The position numbers and the translations under genes are program-made. Positions 13,025 through 23,671 of a stretch of 64,000 nucleotides of DNA are shown piece after piece. The stretch is from Amphiscolops sp. MND2022 (lineage: Eukaryota), in assembly GCA_964187785.1 (NCBI GenBank), contig OZ076411.1:44826001-44890000 (forward strand), read 5' to 3'. Each line of letters starts with the position of its first letter. The stretch's first letter is position 1. The notes below the pieces were generated by a model. It had not been told where the DNA came from. It saw only the letters and a program-made list of their open reading frames with translations, and ran no database searches.

Positions 13025-14781
13025 TGGATGAGGAAAACGTGTCGTCTCGGAATCGCAAAACTAAGGCTCGAAAACTGGAACTGAAAAGAGTAGCAAGGTT
13101 GCAGAAATGTCCGTATATTTCTTGGAAATACGTTTTGAATCACGCCAAAACTAACAATGTTGACTTCGAGATACTAATAGAAGTGATCCTGAAAGTATCA
13201 AAAACGAAACAATCATCGTATCTTAAAACAATTGTTGAAAAACTTTTCCTAAATATGAAGTCCAAAGAGGCGATGATTTCAAGTCTTGCTGTTTCGGTTC
13301 GATCAGGAAATATTGATGTAATTTCAACGATTCGGGCTAATTTATCGATCAACGGACAGCTGCACAACATTATTCCATCCTCAAGAGCGATCCGAAGTTT
13401 CTCGAAGATCTTAACGAATGCGTTCATTTTGATGTGCAAACCAGAAGCCACGTTCTCAGGGTTTCGATGTGATCTCGTCAAGTGTGTCAAAATCGCCGCG
13501 TGGCTCCTTTTTGAAACTGAAGACCTTTCTGAATTGACTATCGATTTATGGGGAGATGGATGTGAGATTGGTGGTGTCGATCATACAAGAATGTGCTTCC
13601 GGATACTGAAGAATTATTTCTCGAAAGTTACCGTTCAATCAGCTACTGTGGCATTTTGTTTTAGCGCATTTCATGGTAAAGATAGTAGATTTACCCTTGA
13701 ACAAAATCTCGGACCTTCAGTTGTTGGGAACCAAGAAACAGGATGGCTGTACAAACAAACCAAAGAACTCTCATCTCAAGGTGCCATCGTGACTTGTTCT
13801 GGAGACAATCCTTATTTATATCGTTTGATTGAGGGTATTGATAGCGATGCCTCATCAAAATATCCATCTGATCTTGCACTTTATGTTGGTGAGGCAAAAT
13901 TTTTCCCAACTGATGTCGACCCTTCAACAGGATTCCGCTACAAAGTTAATGTGCCCTTCAGGAGAGAAATACCCCCTCAATCGCTCGTACATCTCGATGA
14001 CATACGATGTGTTGTACCGGATGTCACCCACATGATCACCCGTTGTGTCGAAAGTGACCTCAAGAAAGTTGCCCAAAAAATCGTTCGAAAAAAATATCCT
14101 TATCACAAGAAAACTATTGAAACCCTCGAAGAAAACTGCACTCGAAGAGGAATAAAGAAACCCAGATTCAAATTCGACGTGGAGATCAGAGGAACAAGTG
14201 ATTTGAAAAAACCAACAGTTGGATCCGTCTCTTTGTCTGGAACGTCTGCTATTGTTGCCATTGCTGAAAAAGATGAATTTGAAGGTGTAGAAGGCTTACC
14301 AAACATTTTCGACAATTTATGGAACAATGAGATTATCTTTGACCCCAAGAACGACAACATGGACAAAGATGATGCCCGTGCAGCCCGCAATGCGTTTTAC
14401 GCCCTCAAGAAACTGCACTCCGACAAAATTCCAAATTCAGACAGTTATAAAACCAAAGATTGTGCCCAATTGCTACAAACAAGCTTGAATAAATGCGCAA
14501 AACTTTTGAGAGGTTCAAAAAATGGCCTTGACATTGAACAATTCGAAATTTGGTCCGAGACATACTATCAATGCTCAATTCTTTTCTTTTCCGGAAAACA
14601 CGGTTTGACACCATATAAGTTGAAGATGATAATGATACCCCAGATTTTGAAGGCGGGTTTCGCAATGAGTCCTTGGTACCATATGTGTGAAGCAATGGAG
14701 AAATCAAATCACCACGCACATAAAGACTTCCAAACGAAAACGATGAGAGGTGGAGGGAAAATTCATGTGAATTACCAGTGA
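13024..14781 (+). CDS. 585-aa DDE transposase, Chapaev/Transib/RAG1-core-like
   Basis: Ordered motifs LWGDG (D178), CSGDNPYL (D261), PDVTHMITRCVE (D333/H336), SLSGTSA, LTPYKL and CEAMEKSN (E559) parallel RAG1 D600/D708/E962 and Chapaev ISGDG/GGDWKFL/DTLH/TPYMH/LEKLN as I recall them. Confidence 0.8.
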   Translation: MDEENVSSRNRKTKARKLELKRVARLQKCPYISWKYVLNHAKTNNVDFEILIEVILKVSKTKQSSYLKTIVEKLFLNMKSKEAMISSLAVSVRSGNIDVISTIRANLSINGQLHNIIPSSRAIRSFSKILTNAFILMCKPEATFSGFRCDLVKCVKIAAWLLFETEDLSELTIDLWGDGCEIGGVDHTRMCFRILKNYFSKVTVQSATVAFCFSAFHGKDSRFTLEQNLGPSVVGNQETGWLYKQTKELSSQGAIVTCSGDNPYLYRLIEGIDSDASSKYPSDLALYVGEAKFFPTDVDPSTGFRYKVNVPFRREIPPQSLVHLDDIRCVVPDVTHMITRCVESDLKKVAQKIVRKKYPYHKKTIETLEENCTRRGIKKPRFKFDVEIRGTSDLKKPTVGSVSLSGTSAIVAIAEKDEFEGVEGLPNIFDNLWNNEIIFDPKNDNMDKDDARAARNAFYALKKLHSDKIPNSDSYKTKDCAQLLQTSLNKCAKLLRGSKNGLDIEQFEIWSETYYQCSILFFSGKHGLTPYKLKMIMIPQILKAGFAMSPWYHMCEAMEKSNHHAHKDFQTKTMRGGGKIHVNYQ

Positions 14782-15335
14782 ATTTGCTAATCGATAAAAT
14801 GACCACAATTTTCGCAATCGAAAAAAGCGAGACCTATACCGAAATTTGTCAAAAAATTGTGCCTCTTCCAGTGATTGATGTTGGTGCTCAGCGAAAGAAA
14901 CAGGAATTGCTCTTTGGTTTCCGATTCCACGTGGTTGGCTTTTTCCCTGGAGTCAAAGACAATCAAAAGGGAGTTGAAGACATGATAATTGAATTGGGTG
15001 GAGAAGTATTGACAAAAGAAAAAGCACTGGGCTTGACCAAACGTCATAGTAAAACTCCGAATTGCTTCATTGTACTCTATAACGATTTCGAATTGAAGAG
15101 GGCCACCACTGGAAACGGAGACCACAACTCTGCATCTGGTTCGGAAAGTGACAACCCCGTGAAATTTACCAAATCATCATCCAGGCGAACAATCAAGCCA
15201 CGTATCATGGTGAAGGGCCCAGCTCAAACCTGTCTACTATTTGCGGCAACGGATTTTCAATTCCTGAACGTTGCCTACATCTTTGATACAAACAACTCTG
15301 ATCGTGTTCTTGACCCTTCAAAGTATCTTATGTGA
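14778..15335 (+). CDS. BRCT-domain ORF directly after the transposase (possibly its spliced C-terminus)
   Basis: GFRFHVVGFF...VEDMIIELGGEVL and C-terminal FQFLNVAYIFDT..S.RVLDPSKYL follow the BRCT pattern. Confidence 0.6.
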   Translation: MNLLIDKMTTIFAIEKSETYTEICQKIVPLPVIDVGAQRKKQELLFGFRFHVVGFFPGVKDNQKGVEDMIIELGGEVLTKEKALGLTKRHSKTPNCFIVLYNDFELKRATTGNGDHNSASGSESDNPVKFTKSSSRRTIKPRIMVKGPAQTCLLFAATDFQFLNVAYIFDTNNSDRVLDPSKYLM

Positions 15336-15844
15336 AGTGCCACTGAAATTGAACGAATCTGTGTGAATGATCAACGACCACTTTTTGCGAAACAGAGAAA
15401 TCCTAACAATACCGAAAATGTTACCACATCATTGGTTTATGCATTGAAGATCTCGAGAAAGCGGGCCCGCGAAGAAGAACAAGAATTTGACCACGTAAAT
15501 GATAATATGAAGAAAGACAAACACACATGAACGTTTTTTTTATGACAAGGCTTTTGACATGGATCATCTAATCCTATCATTTATATGACTTTTCGAAAAT
15601 TTATTCTTGGTCATTGAATGATCATCTATGATGTTTTCAAAATCTTTGTCCTGATCACTGATTGATCGTCTATGATGTTTTCGTAGAAAAAACCATATCT
15701 CTTGAAGAATTATCAAAAAATCAAATGCTTGAAAAATGAATAAACCAAATCAATAATTCAAATATCAAATCAATAATTATTCAAAAAAGTTTTTTCTAAA
15801 CTTGCTAAGAGAGGAGAATGCTAAGAGAATATTGAGAATAGTAT

Positions 15845-17003
15845 TTATTCTGAAAACATCTTTCTTGCTTCTTGATCCCCATAATCATATCTTAGCTCGT
15901 CGAAGGGAGGAATGTCATGTTTCGCCACCATTAACAACACAGATTTGCTGGAGGATAGATTCAAAATAACAGGTTTGACGTTGGTGTGCTTAGGAGATTT
16001 GTGGCTTATCAATCGGGCCATGCATCTATTCTTCATATGATCGACTACTGGACATAGTTCGTTTGAAGCATCGATTAGATGTTTCAGTGAAATCTGAAAA
16101 AGATATTCACTGCATTCTGGGTGATCAGCCATGTAATCGTTGGCAGTGATGCCCTTCACGACTTTTCCATGGTAATCATCAAGGATTTGATCCTTGTCTA
16201 TGAAATCGGTGGTAATGACTCCCCGGCCGAATCCTTTGATGTTGACGTCACATATGAATGGCCACGTCTGATCTTTGCAGGTTTTCGTCAGGATCTTTTT
16301 AAATTGTTCATGCTGATCTTCTCTTGAGGGGAGCATCAAAGCCTGTGATCGTAACGAGACAGTCTGTGTCTGGAGTGCCTCGGGTTTCAACCGACATTGA
16401 ACGATTTTCCAGGTCTGAAAAGAGTTGGTGTTAATAATCAAATTTATACTTGCGATTTTGTGAAATTTCTTTTTAAAAAATATTTTTTTTATTTCTTCAA
16501 CAATTTCTTCTTCAATAAAATTCAATGCTCTTGAATCTCCCAATTTAATGCTCTTAAGATAACGTTTCTTCTGAAGTTTTTTAAAATGACATATTTTGAT
16601 TGGAAAATAGACAGCAGAAAAACTGAAATACTTTTTTGAGGTCTTCATTTTCGTTCCACCCTCTTGTTTTGTACAGACTTTTGAGTTTCTCATGGGTCGG
16701 GTTCTGGGCATAACGCTTTCCAAAATCACAATACTCGAGGAAAGCCTTAGCCCTTGCGACTTGTCTCGCATATTTTTGGGCACTTTGCCGGGAAACGACA
16801 GCTGACCCCAGTTCTCGCTCAGTAATTTCATTTTGGGCCGCCCACTCCTTGTCAACTTTCAAGGCCCATATTTCAGACATTGTCCGTTTCTTTTTCAAAA
16901 ATGTTGCATCGGGCGATGCTGATATTGGCATATAGGATTTGACGTATTTTCCCACTCTGACGTATATTCCCACTCGATGGTGTCGCGGCTTCTTTTTTTC
17001 CAT
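15845..17003 (-). CDS. KMT5A/PR-Set7-like SET-domain protein, last two exons (17003-16632, 16570-15845)
   Basis: KGFGRGVITT..DYHG, YLFQ..IDAS, MARLISH, LLMVAKHDI..FDELRYDYGD. A 61-nt GTATTT...TTCAG intron (16631-16571) joins the two ORFs in phase 0. Confidence 0.85.
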
Positions 17004-17009
17004 CTGCAG

Positions 17010-17210
17010 AAAAATCATTTGAAAATATTTCTAAACCATGAGCACATCTTTTCAATATGCAAAAAAAAATAATTTTAAAATACGTCTAAACCACAAGCAC
17101 GTCTTTTCAATGTGCAAAAACGAATCATTTGAAAATATTTCTAAACCACGAGCACATTTCATCAATATGCGAAAAGAATCATTTGAAAATATTTCTAAAC
17201 CACGAGCACA
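17010..17210 (+). repeat. About 55-bp tandem repeats, each carrying the 15-bp element motif
   Basis: Motif copies at 17029, 17084, 17139 and 17193 within repeated atcatttgaaaatatttctaaaccacgagcaca. Confidence 0.85.
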
Positions 17211-17299
17211 TTTTTTCAACAATGGTTCAAATTATTTTTAAAAAATACCTTATCCAACACTTCCTCCGCAATGACTCGAGAATTGAAAGAGGTCTTTCC

Positions 17300-18147
17300 C
17301 ATTGACGAAAAGAAAAACTTGGTTGTCATAACTTATTCAATTTCTTCGTCTTCGCTTCTGAGGAAGGCCCTCTTCACCACTTCGGGTTGCGCCCGCATGA
17401 ATTGCGGTCTCACGCATTTGTGGTACACTTTCATGGCTTCAACGAATAGCGGCTCCACAGTATGTTTGCTTCGAATTGTTGACCTTGAAATCAAATAAAC
17501 AATATCAGTATTTGAGTGGTTAACAAAACAAGTTTACTTGATCTAGATTTTTTCCAAAAAAATGAAAAAGACATCAAAAAATGGAAAAAAAAAACAAAAA
17601 ATGAAAGTTTTGGATGAAAAAATACTTTACCGAAAAAAGGTTCCACCTCAATTTCACCAGCACCATTTTTGCTCTGCTTGGCGTTGATGATGAGTTGCAT
17701 CATCGAATGCACAGTAACAGATTGCACCGTCTTTGTCATCATGGGAACCGGCTCAGTGTACATGAAAAGGTATGTTATAATACCGTGAAATAAATTGACC
17801 CTTTGATGGTAACTAAGGCCATCATTTACTGCATATTCGTCCAAAATTTCGCGGACATAACTCTCTAATTCGGGTCGTACCTTTGCCGACCAGAGTCCTT
17901 TTGCAGCATTTCGTTTTGATTCAGTTTCGTCTTGGGGTTCCGGAAGTAGGGGTCGTTTTAACGGATTTACTTTTTCGGTGGAAGGGATCTCGTCAAAACT
18001 ACCGGAATTGGTTGATGGTAAATTTTCAAAAACAATGTTTTCTTGTGTGTAATTGAACGTGCGGTTTCCATAATTTAATGGCCGAATGGGACTCTCACTT
18101 GGACTGAAACTGAAATTACTCACAAAAAGAGTCTTGTTAGAACCCAT
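17300..18147 (-). CDS. Probable upstream exons of the SET gene, forming part of a degenerate tyrosine-recombinase-like fold
   Basis: ORF 17491-18147 plus an open frame at about 17484-17330 (STIRSKHTVEPLFVEAMKVYHKCVRPQF..RAFLRSEDEEIE). Junctions need a 1-nt correction. Confidence 0.45.
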
Positions 18148-19403
18148 TTGGTAGTTGGGAGTAGACTGATATATTGCATTTGAATTGTGCGAATGATTAG
18201 TGTATTATGGAAGCGGAGGAGGTAACAAAGGTGTGAGGGAAGTTGAGTCTGTGGTAACGAGCCAAGAAAGTTAGTGCTCGCGTTAAGATCAATTTGTCTA
18301 AGAGGCTGACTCGACATTGTGAAATTTTGACAGAAATTATAGAGAGCAGAAATTGAAAAATGATTCTAAGTTGAATGCAGCCGCTTAAATATATATCTTT
18401 AATAACCCACATCATGTGATAATCCAATGACACCATGCCAAATCGCGGAATATTAATTACCACCCGTGGTGTCATTCGATAATCCGCGATGTCGCATGGT
18501 GTCAATGGATTATCAATATATGGATGCTGATAAAATGCCCATTAATCTTCCGCAAAAATTGACATAGTTACTTCATCGCACAATTTTAAATGAAATTTGA
18601 AAAGACTACTATACCTTAATTAGTTGAAACTCTAAGAATAATCGGCGCAATAATAATTAAACATGCGTGAAGAATTCAGAAATGGATAATTAACCATTAA
18701 CCTCATGTTTAAAGATATAAATTTGGACATTTAATCGATTTCTTCTTGCTCCCAGAACGACACAAGAATTCACGTAAGCATAATTATTCATGATTTTAAG
18801 AATCCCCACACGCATAATTAACCATGGCAAATTTTCTTTTAAGGCAGTAGCACACGAAGTTTATTCAAATTGCAATTGAATTTTTGTGGATTCTTCAAAG
18901 TAATGATTAAACATTCGCATGCAAAAATTCTTCCAAACTTAATGCTCCTGGTTTAGAAAATTGATGTTTTCATTAGGTTTTTCATTATTAAAATCATGAT
19001 ACAATTTTCAGTACATGTTAACTACTCTTGCGCTATTGGTTTGGAAACTTTATCAGCTCAGGTTTTCTTATAGAACTTTGTATTTTAATAGCAAAATAAA
19101 AAACGTTATCGAACTTGTATTTTCATCGACTCATATGCTCACGGTTTAAAAACTTTTAATTCATTTTAGAATTTTTTTTTGTAACTACATTCTTGTACTC
19201 GCAGGAAGCTAGACTGAAGTGCTAGATATAACCTCAAAAGATTTTTTTTCAGCAAAAGAATAATAGCCCTCTTGAATTTTCGTGTTTTTTGGAAGAGTAA
19301 ATGAAAAAGATTAAAGGCGTCCATAATCAGAAAATCATAAGTATAAATCATACAAAGTATAAGTACAACATAACAAGTTCAGATCATGATCATCTTATTC
19401 AAA

Positions 19404-22400
19404 CTAAGCCCCTGAGGGGGATGATGGCAATTCAATTGCCGAATTCTTCTGTCTCTTGTTTCTCTTTTTCATTAGGGCTCTCTGTTCGTCATAGGGAAAA
19501 CGAAAAGCCAAGTTGGAATGTGCTGAGGGGGGAATGCAGCGTGCAACTTGACACTTCGAGAGTGAAAGCTTGTTTTCTTCATCGGGGGCACAATCGAGTA
19601 GTAGCAGACAAACTTTCTCTGCGTAAGGGACCAGTCTAAACAACATTTGTTTTTCGAATGTTCAAACAATTTTGTTGTTCAACATCAATAAGGGTTGAAA
19701 TTTTCTCATTTAAAAAAAAAGATATCTGGACAAATGTAAAATATGCATTTTGCTCACGGTTGAGAAACTTCTTCTATGATTAGTAAGTTGTTAGCAAAGC
19801 TAATAAAAATTCTCACTAGTGAGCAAAAGCAAGAAAAAATCAATAAATTAATATTTTGTGGGTGAAGATAACGTGATCGTCTGGTTTCAATTCGTTTTCC
19901 AGCAATGTGATATCGTCGATTCGCTCTTCGAATTTCCTGGGTGGATCATGCGCGTACTCCAATTCGGGACTCCGCGAACACAGCTCGGGTATGATGGCTT
20001 GGAAATCATCGCCCACCCGTGTTTCAGCCTTTTTGTCCAATTGCTTGTTCTTGGACGGGCCACGGATCTTGAAAAAAGTTGAATCCTAATTTTTTCTATG
20101 TCAGAATGAACATCAAAAAACCACTTGACAAAAACTTGATCAATCACTCTTAAGGAATTTATTGACTGTGGATGAATAGGCGCTGGTGGTGGTATGGATG
20201 AGGTGCTGGAGGAGGTATCGGTGGAAACTTTCGGTTGAACCCGGGAGAGAGCAACAGACCAAAAACCCTCAGGCACAAGACGTCTTTTCAGCAGGGTCAT
20301 GATCATCTCTTCGAGGAGATCAAAATGAGGACACGCCTTGAAATAAAAATTTGATATATTAATTTCATCAACGCTTGTGAGAGGAAAAAAAAACAGATTT
20401 TTGCTATCTCAAAAAACTGATTGCTATTGATAATTGATAAAAACTTTTAAAAAATTGATAGAAAGCAAAAAATCATTGAAAAATTATTGACTCTTCAACT
20501 GGATCATTTTTCACATTTTTCAAACTGGTTTACTTCTTTGATGATTGGCATTTCTTGATGGAATTTTGTCTTGAGGCGCTTCAAAAAATTCCACACCCAG
20601 ACCGAAGACACATCGCCTCGACCATCATTCTTCTGCTCCATGACATGCGAGTATATGAGAGCAGCCAACACTCCCGACAAGCAGGGATAGACACTGTCCG
20701 CATCATCGTCGTTTCGCACATGGGAGTCAATCACCAAACCCATGTGACCAAAGGAGAGAAAATTCGATCCGAGTGCGATGGAATCCCCAACTGTGAGGAC
20801 GCAATGAATCCAATTTGAGGGCATTATGATGGTGTCACCTGCTTTTGCATGGATTCTATGGCATCCGCCTTCAATCGAAGCCATATCGCCAAACGACAAG
20901 TTTTAAAAAATTAATGTTCTTTTTGTCAAAATATTCAGATTCATTTCATCAGAGTCTCAGTTGAGGAAAAACTCAAAATTGATCACAGTTCAGATACTTT
21001 TTTGCCGGAAATGACCTTGAATTTTTTGACAAAAAAATTGACAAAACGAGTGAGTCAGCGAAAAAACTCACGGTTTAGAAATAAAAGATTTATTCAAGTC
21101 AGTGTATATACTTGAATGGAATGAAATATAGCTTCAGATAAACAATGTGTTGAAAAATACTTTTCGACATATAACTTTCTGGGCATTAACTGGAATAGAA
21201 CATGAATGGCTCACGGTTTAGAAAAAATTGTAAAAATAGGTAGCCTGTTAGTAGATTCGAACTTGGTAACTACGACTTTGAACTCTCAAGTTTAACCAAC
21301 TATGCCACCGAGCCCTTGTATACATTAAATTTTCATTGCCATATACTTACTGACTGGGGTTGTCATGCAAGCAGTATTTCTCGAACATGTTGAGATTCTT
21401 TTTTGTTGGCTCAGCAAGCCAAAAAATTTTCTCCCCGCGCAACACCACATAGAAGACTGATGTTCCGGAGAAATCAATGTGCCATGGCGTGACACAACGG
21501 TCGTTTGAAAGCAAGAGGAAATTCCAAGTGCTTGCCGCGAAATATCCTTCGCTATGGGGGGTTAAAGATTCGGCAAACGGATCCATTGCCATCTTCCGTA
21601 CTGCTGTCGGTGGTTTGAAGACCTTGATAATATACAATCAACTCTTTTATCGCTAACAGAAAAAAAATCTTACTACTAGTAAGTTTTTTCCTTCTGACAA
21701 AACAAACACTTCTGCTATAGCTACTAGTAGTACTAGTAGCTATAGCAGAAGTGTTTGTTTTGTCAGAAGGAAAAAGGGTTAAAATTTAAAAAAAAATCAT
21801 TTTTACCCCAGGACGGAGGATTACGTCAATAACATTGACCGGAAAAGCATTCAATGGCGCAGAGTCTGGATCCCGTTGTTCTGCGGGGTATTCGGCTCTT
21901 GACAACTTTCGTGAGAGGACAGGCTTGGGGGACGATGGTGAACTTTGCAAAAAAAATTGTTATTGTTTTGCCTCCTCATTGAAAGACTTCTGGTATATAT
22001 TTTTTCTTCAGAGAATTGTTAGTTAGTTTCTTAGTAGGTTAGTTTCTCATTGCTCACGGTTTAGAAAGTTCCAAATACTCACTTGACAAAAACGAGCTGA
22101 TTTGCAGTCGAGTTTTTTGTCTGGATCAGACATGAATCCCAGCAAATGTTCGGCATTATCCGGAAAACTGGTGATGTGAGCTGGTATTTGCGGTACACGC
22201 AGCCCTTGTGCGTTCTTGGCCGCATCTTTCCACAGGATCGGAATCCCGTGAAGCATGAAGAAGGTCACTTGCTCAATTTCTCGATCAACGTGGCCACTCC
22301 ATGTCACGGTTTTCGCCTCAGGGTTGATCCGTGTTCCTTCGATATGATCGAAGTACCGTTGAGAACCCTCAGTTGCTGACTTTCTGGGGTAGCGAAGGAA

Positions 22401-23671
22401 TTTTGCTGTCTCCTTCCACGCGTGCAGATAGTTTCGATCCATGTGTCTTTCATAACTATATTTATGCAAAAACACTTGATCGCATCCAACACATGTTTTG
22501 AGATCTCCGATGACAGTCTCTGCAAAATTAAAACTTGATTGTTTACAGTTGAAATTCTTAATGTATAAAGTTCTTGAATTATAAGTTTGAACAGGAAAAT
22601 ATAATGACCAGTACATTCAAAAGACTTTGACTTTACACGACACAACTTTCATGCGCCTCAAAACTCTTTTTGCTCAATTGTTGGCGTACGTCATAGAGAA
22701 ACAACTGAATCACTGGAAAAAAAATTGAAATCTGAAACGGGAGGTTCTAAATACATCTGAAGACTCAAAAAAATATTATGTACACATGCAGGGGCCTTCA
22801 AAGGAAGATTAATTTGGCTTCGAATCGTTTGCTTTTTTGCAGAAATATTTTTTGACCAGTTATTGACGTACATCGTAGAGAAACAACTGAAACACGAGAG
22901 AAAATGTTTTCTTTAAAAGTGAAATGGGAGGGTCTGAATACATCTGGAGGTTCAAAAAATTGACATGTACACATGCAGGAGGCTTAAGAGAAAGTTATTT
23001 TGTCGTCGATTACTGTGGTTTTTTGCATAAAAACGTTTTGACCAGTTATTGGCGTACGTCATAAAGAAACAACTGAAACGTTGAAAAATTTTTCAATAAT
23101 TTCGAAATGGGAGGTTCTAAATACATCTGGAGGTTCAAAAAATTGACATGTTCACGTGCAGGAGGCTTCAAGAGAAAGTTATTTTGTCTTCGATTTCTTT
23201 GCTTTTTTGCATAAAATTTTTTTGACCAGTTATTGGCGTACGTCATAAAGAAACAACTGGAACGGTGGAAAATTTTTTTCAATAATTTCGAAATGGGAGG
23301 TTCTAAATACATCTGGAGACTCAAAAAATTGACATGTACACATGCAGCGGGCTTCAACGGAACAATATTTTGGCTTCAATTTTTGTGTTTTTACATTAAA
23401 AAAGTTTTTTGACCTTTTATTGGCGTACGTCACTAAAGAAACAACTGAAACACTGGGAAAACTTTTGATTGAAATCGAAGTGTTTGAACTCACTGTTTTT
23501 GAACAAAGCTGGAGCTTTTCCCTCGTTGAGTCTCTGGACTCTTTTCGCGCATGCTTTTGACTCTTTATGCCGTTCTAAGGCCAATTTCGACGAGACAGGT
23601 TGTCCACAAAGGTCGCAAACTTTCGGAAGATAATTCTTCGGAGAATCCTGTTTTCCTTGGCATTTCTTCAA
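19404..23671 (-). CDS. Multi-exon gene: C2H2-type zinc finger(s), KDM2/KDM7-like JmjC demethylase, ELM2-like domain
   Basis: Exon peptides in order: CDLCGQPVSSKLALERH, CVGCDQVFLHKYSYERH, HGIPILWKDAAKNAQGLRVP, PVNVIDV, VFKPPTAVRK..VTPWHIDFSGTSVFYVVLRGEKIFWL, GDTIIMPSNWIHCVLTVGDSIALGSNFL, ETRVGDDFQAIIPEL. That all exons form one transcript is inferred. Confidence 0.7.
19850..20060 (-). CDS. ELM2-like exon
   Basis: ETRVGDDFQAIIPEL resembles the ELM2 start IRVG.EYQA.IP.L; only the N-terminal motif is recognised. Confidence 0.6.
20531..20902 (-). CDS. JmjC catalytic exon 2 (distal His)
   Basis: CHRIHAKAGDTIIMPSNWIHCVLTVGDSIALGSNFL matches KDM2 CQRIELKQG.TF.IPSGWIHAVYTP.D.LVFGGNFL. Confidence 0.88.
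21241..21315 (-). ncRNA. tRNA-derived/Pol III promoter-like sequence inside a JmjC intron
   Basis: Minus strand GGGCTCGG-TGGCATAGTTGG (A box)...AGTTCGAATC (B box); acceptor and T stems do not pair well, so not a functional tRNA. Confidence 0.45.
21351..21622 (-). CDS. JmjC catalytic exon 1 (HxD)
   Basis: TPWHIDFSGTSVFYVVLRGEKIFWL matches KDM2/PHF8 TDFHIDFGGTSVWYHV.RG.KIFWL; acceptor before 21622, GTAAGT donor at 21350. Confidence 0.9.
21685..21775. repeat. Perfect 91-bp palindrome (45-bp arms, 1-nt spacer at 21730)
   Basis: tttttccttctgacaaaacaaacacttctgctatagctactagta-g-exact reverse complement, inside intron 21806-21623. Confidence 0.95.
22680..23450. repeat. About 185-bp tandem repeat, four full units plus a partial
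   Basis: Anchor ttggcgtacgtcatarAgaaacaactgaa recurs at about 22681, 22863, 23049, 23233 and 23420. Confidence 0.9.

Noticed and set aside
20903-20905. In-frame TAA in the JmjC model as evidence of an alternative genetic code
   Set aside because: Other ORFs end normally at TAA; a mutation, sequencing error or unrecognised acceptor is more likely.
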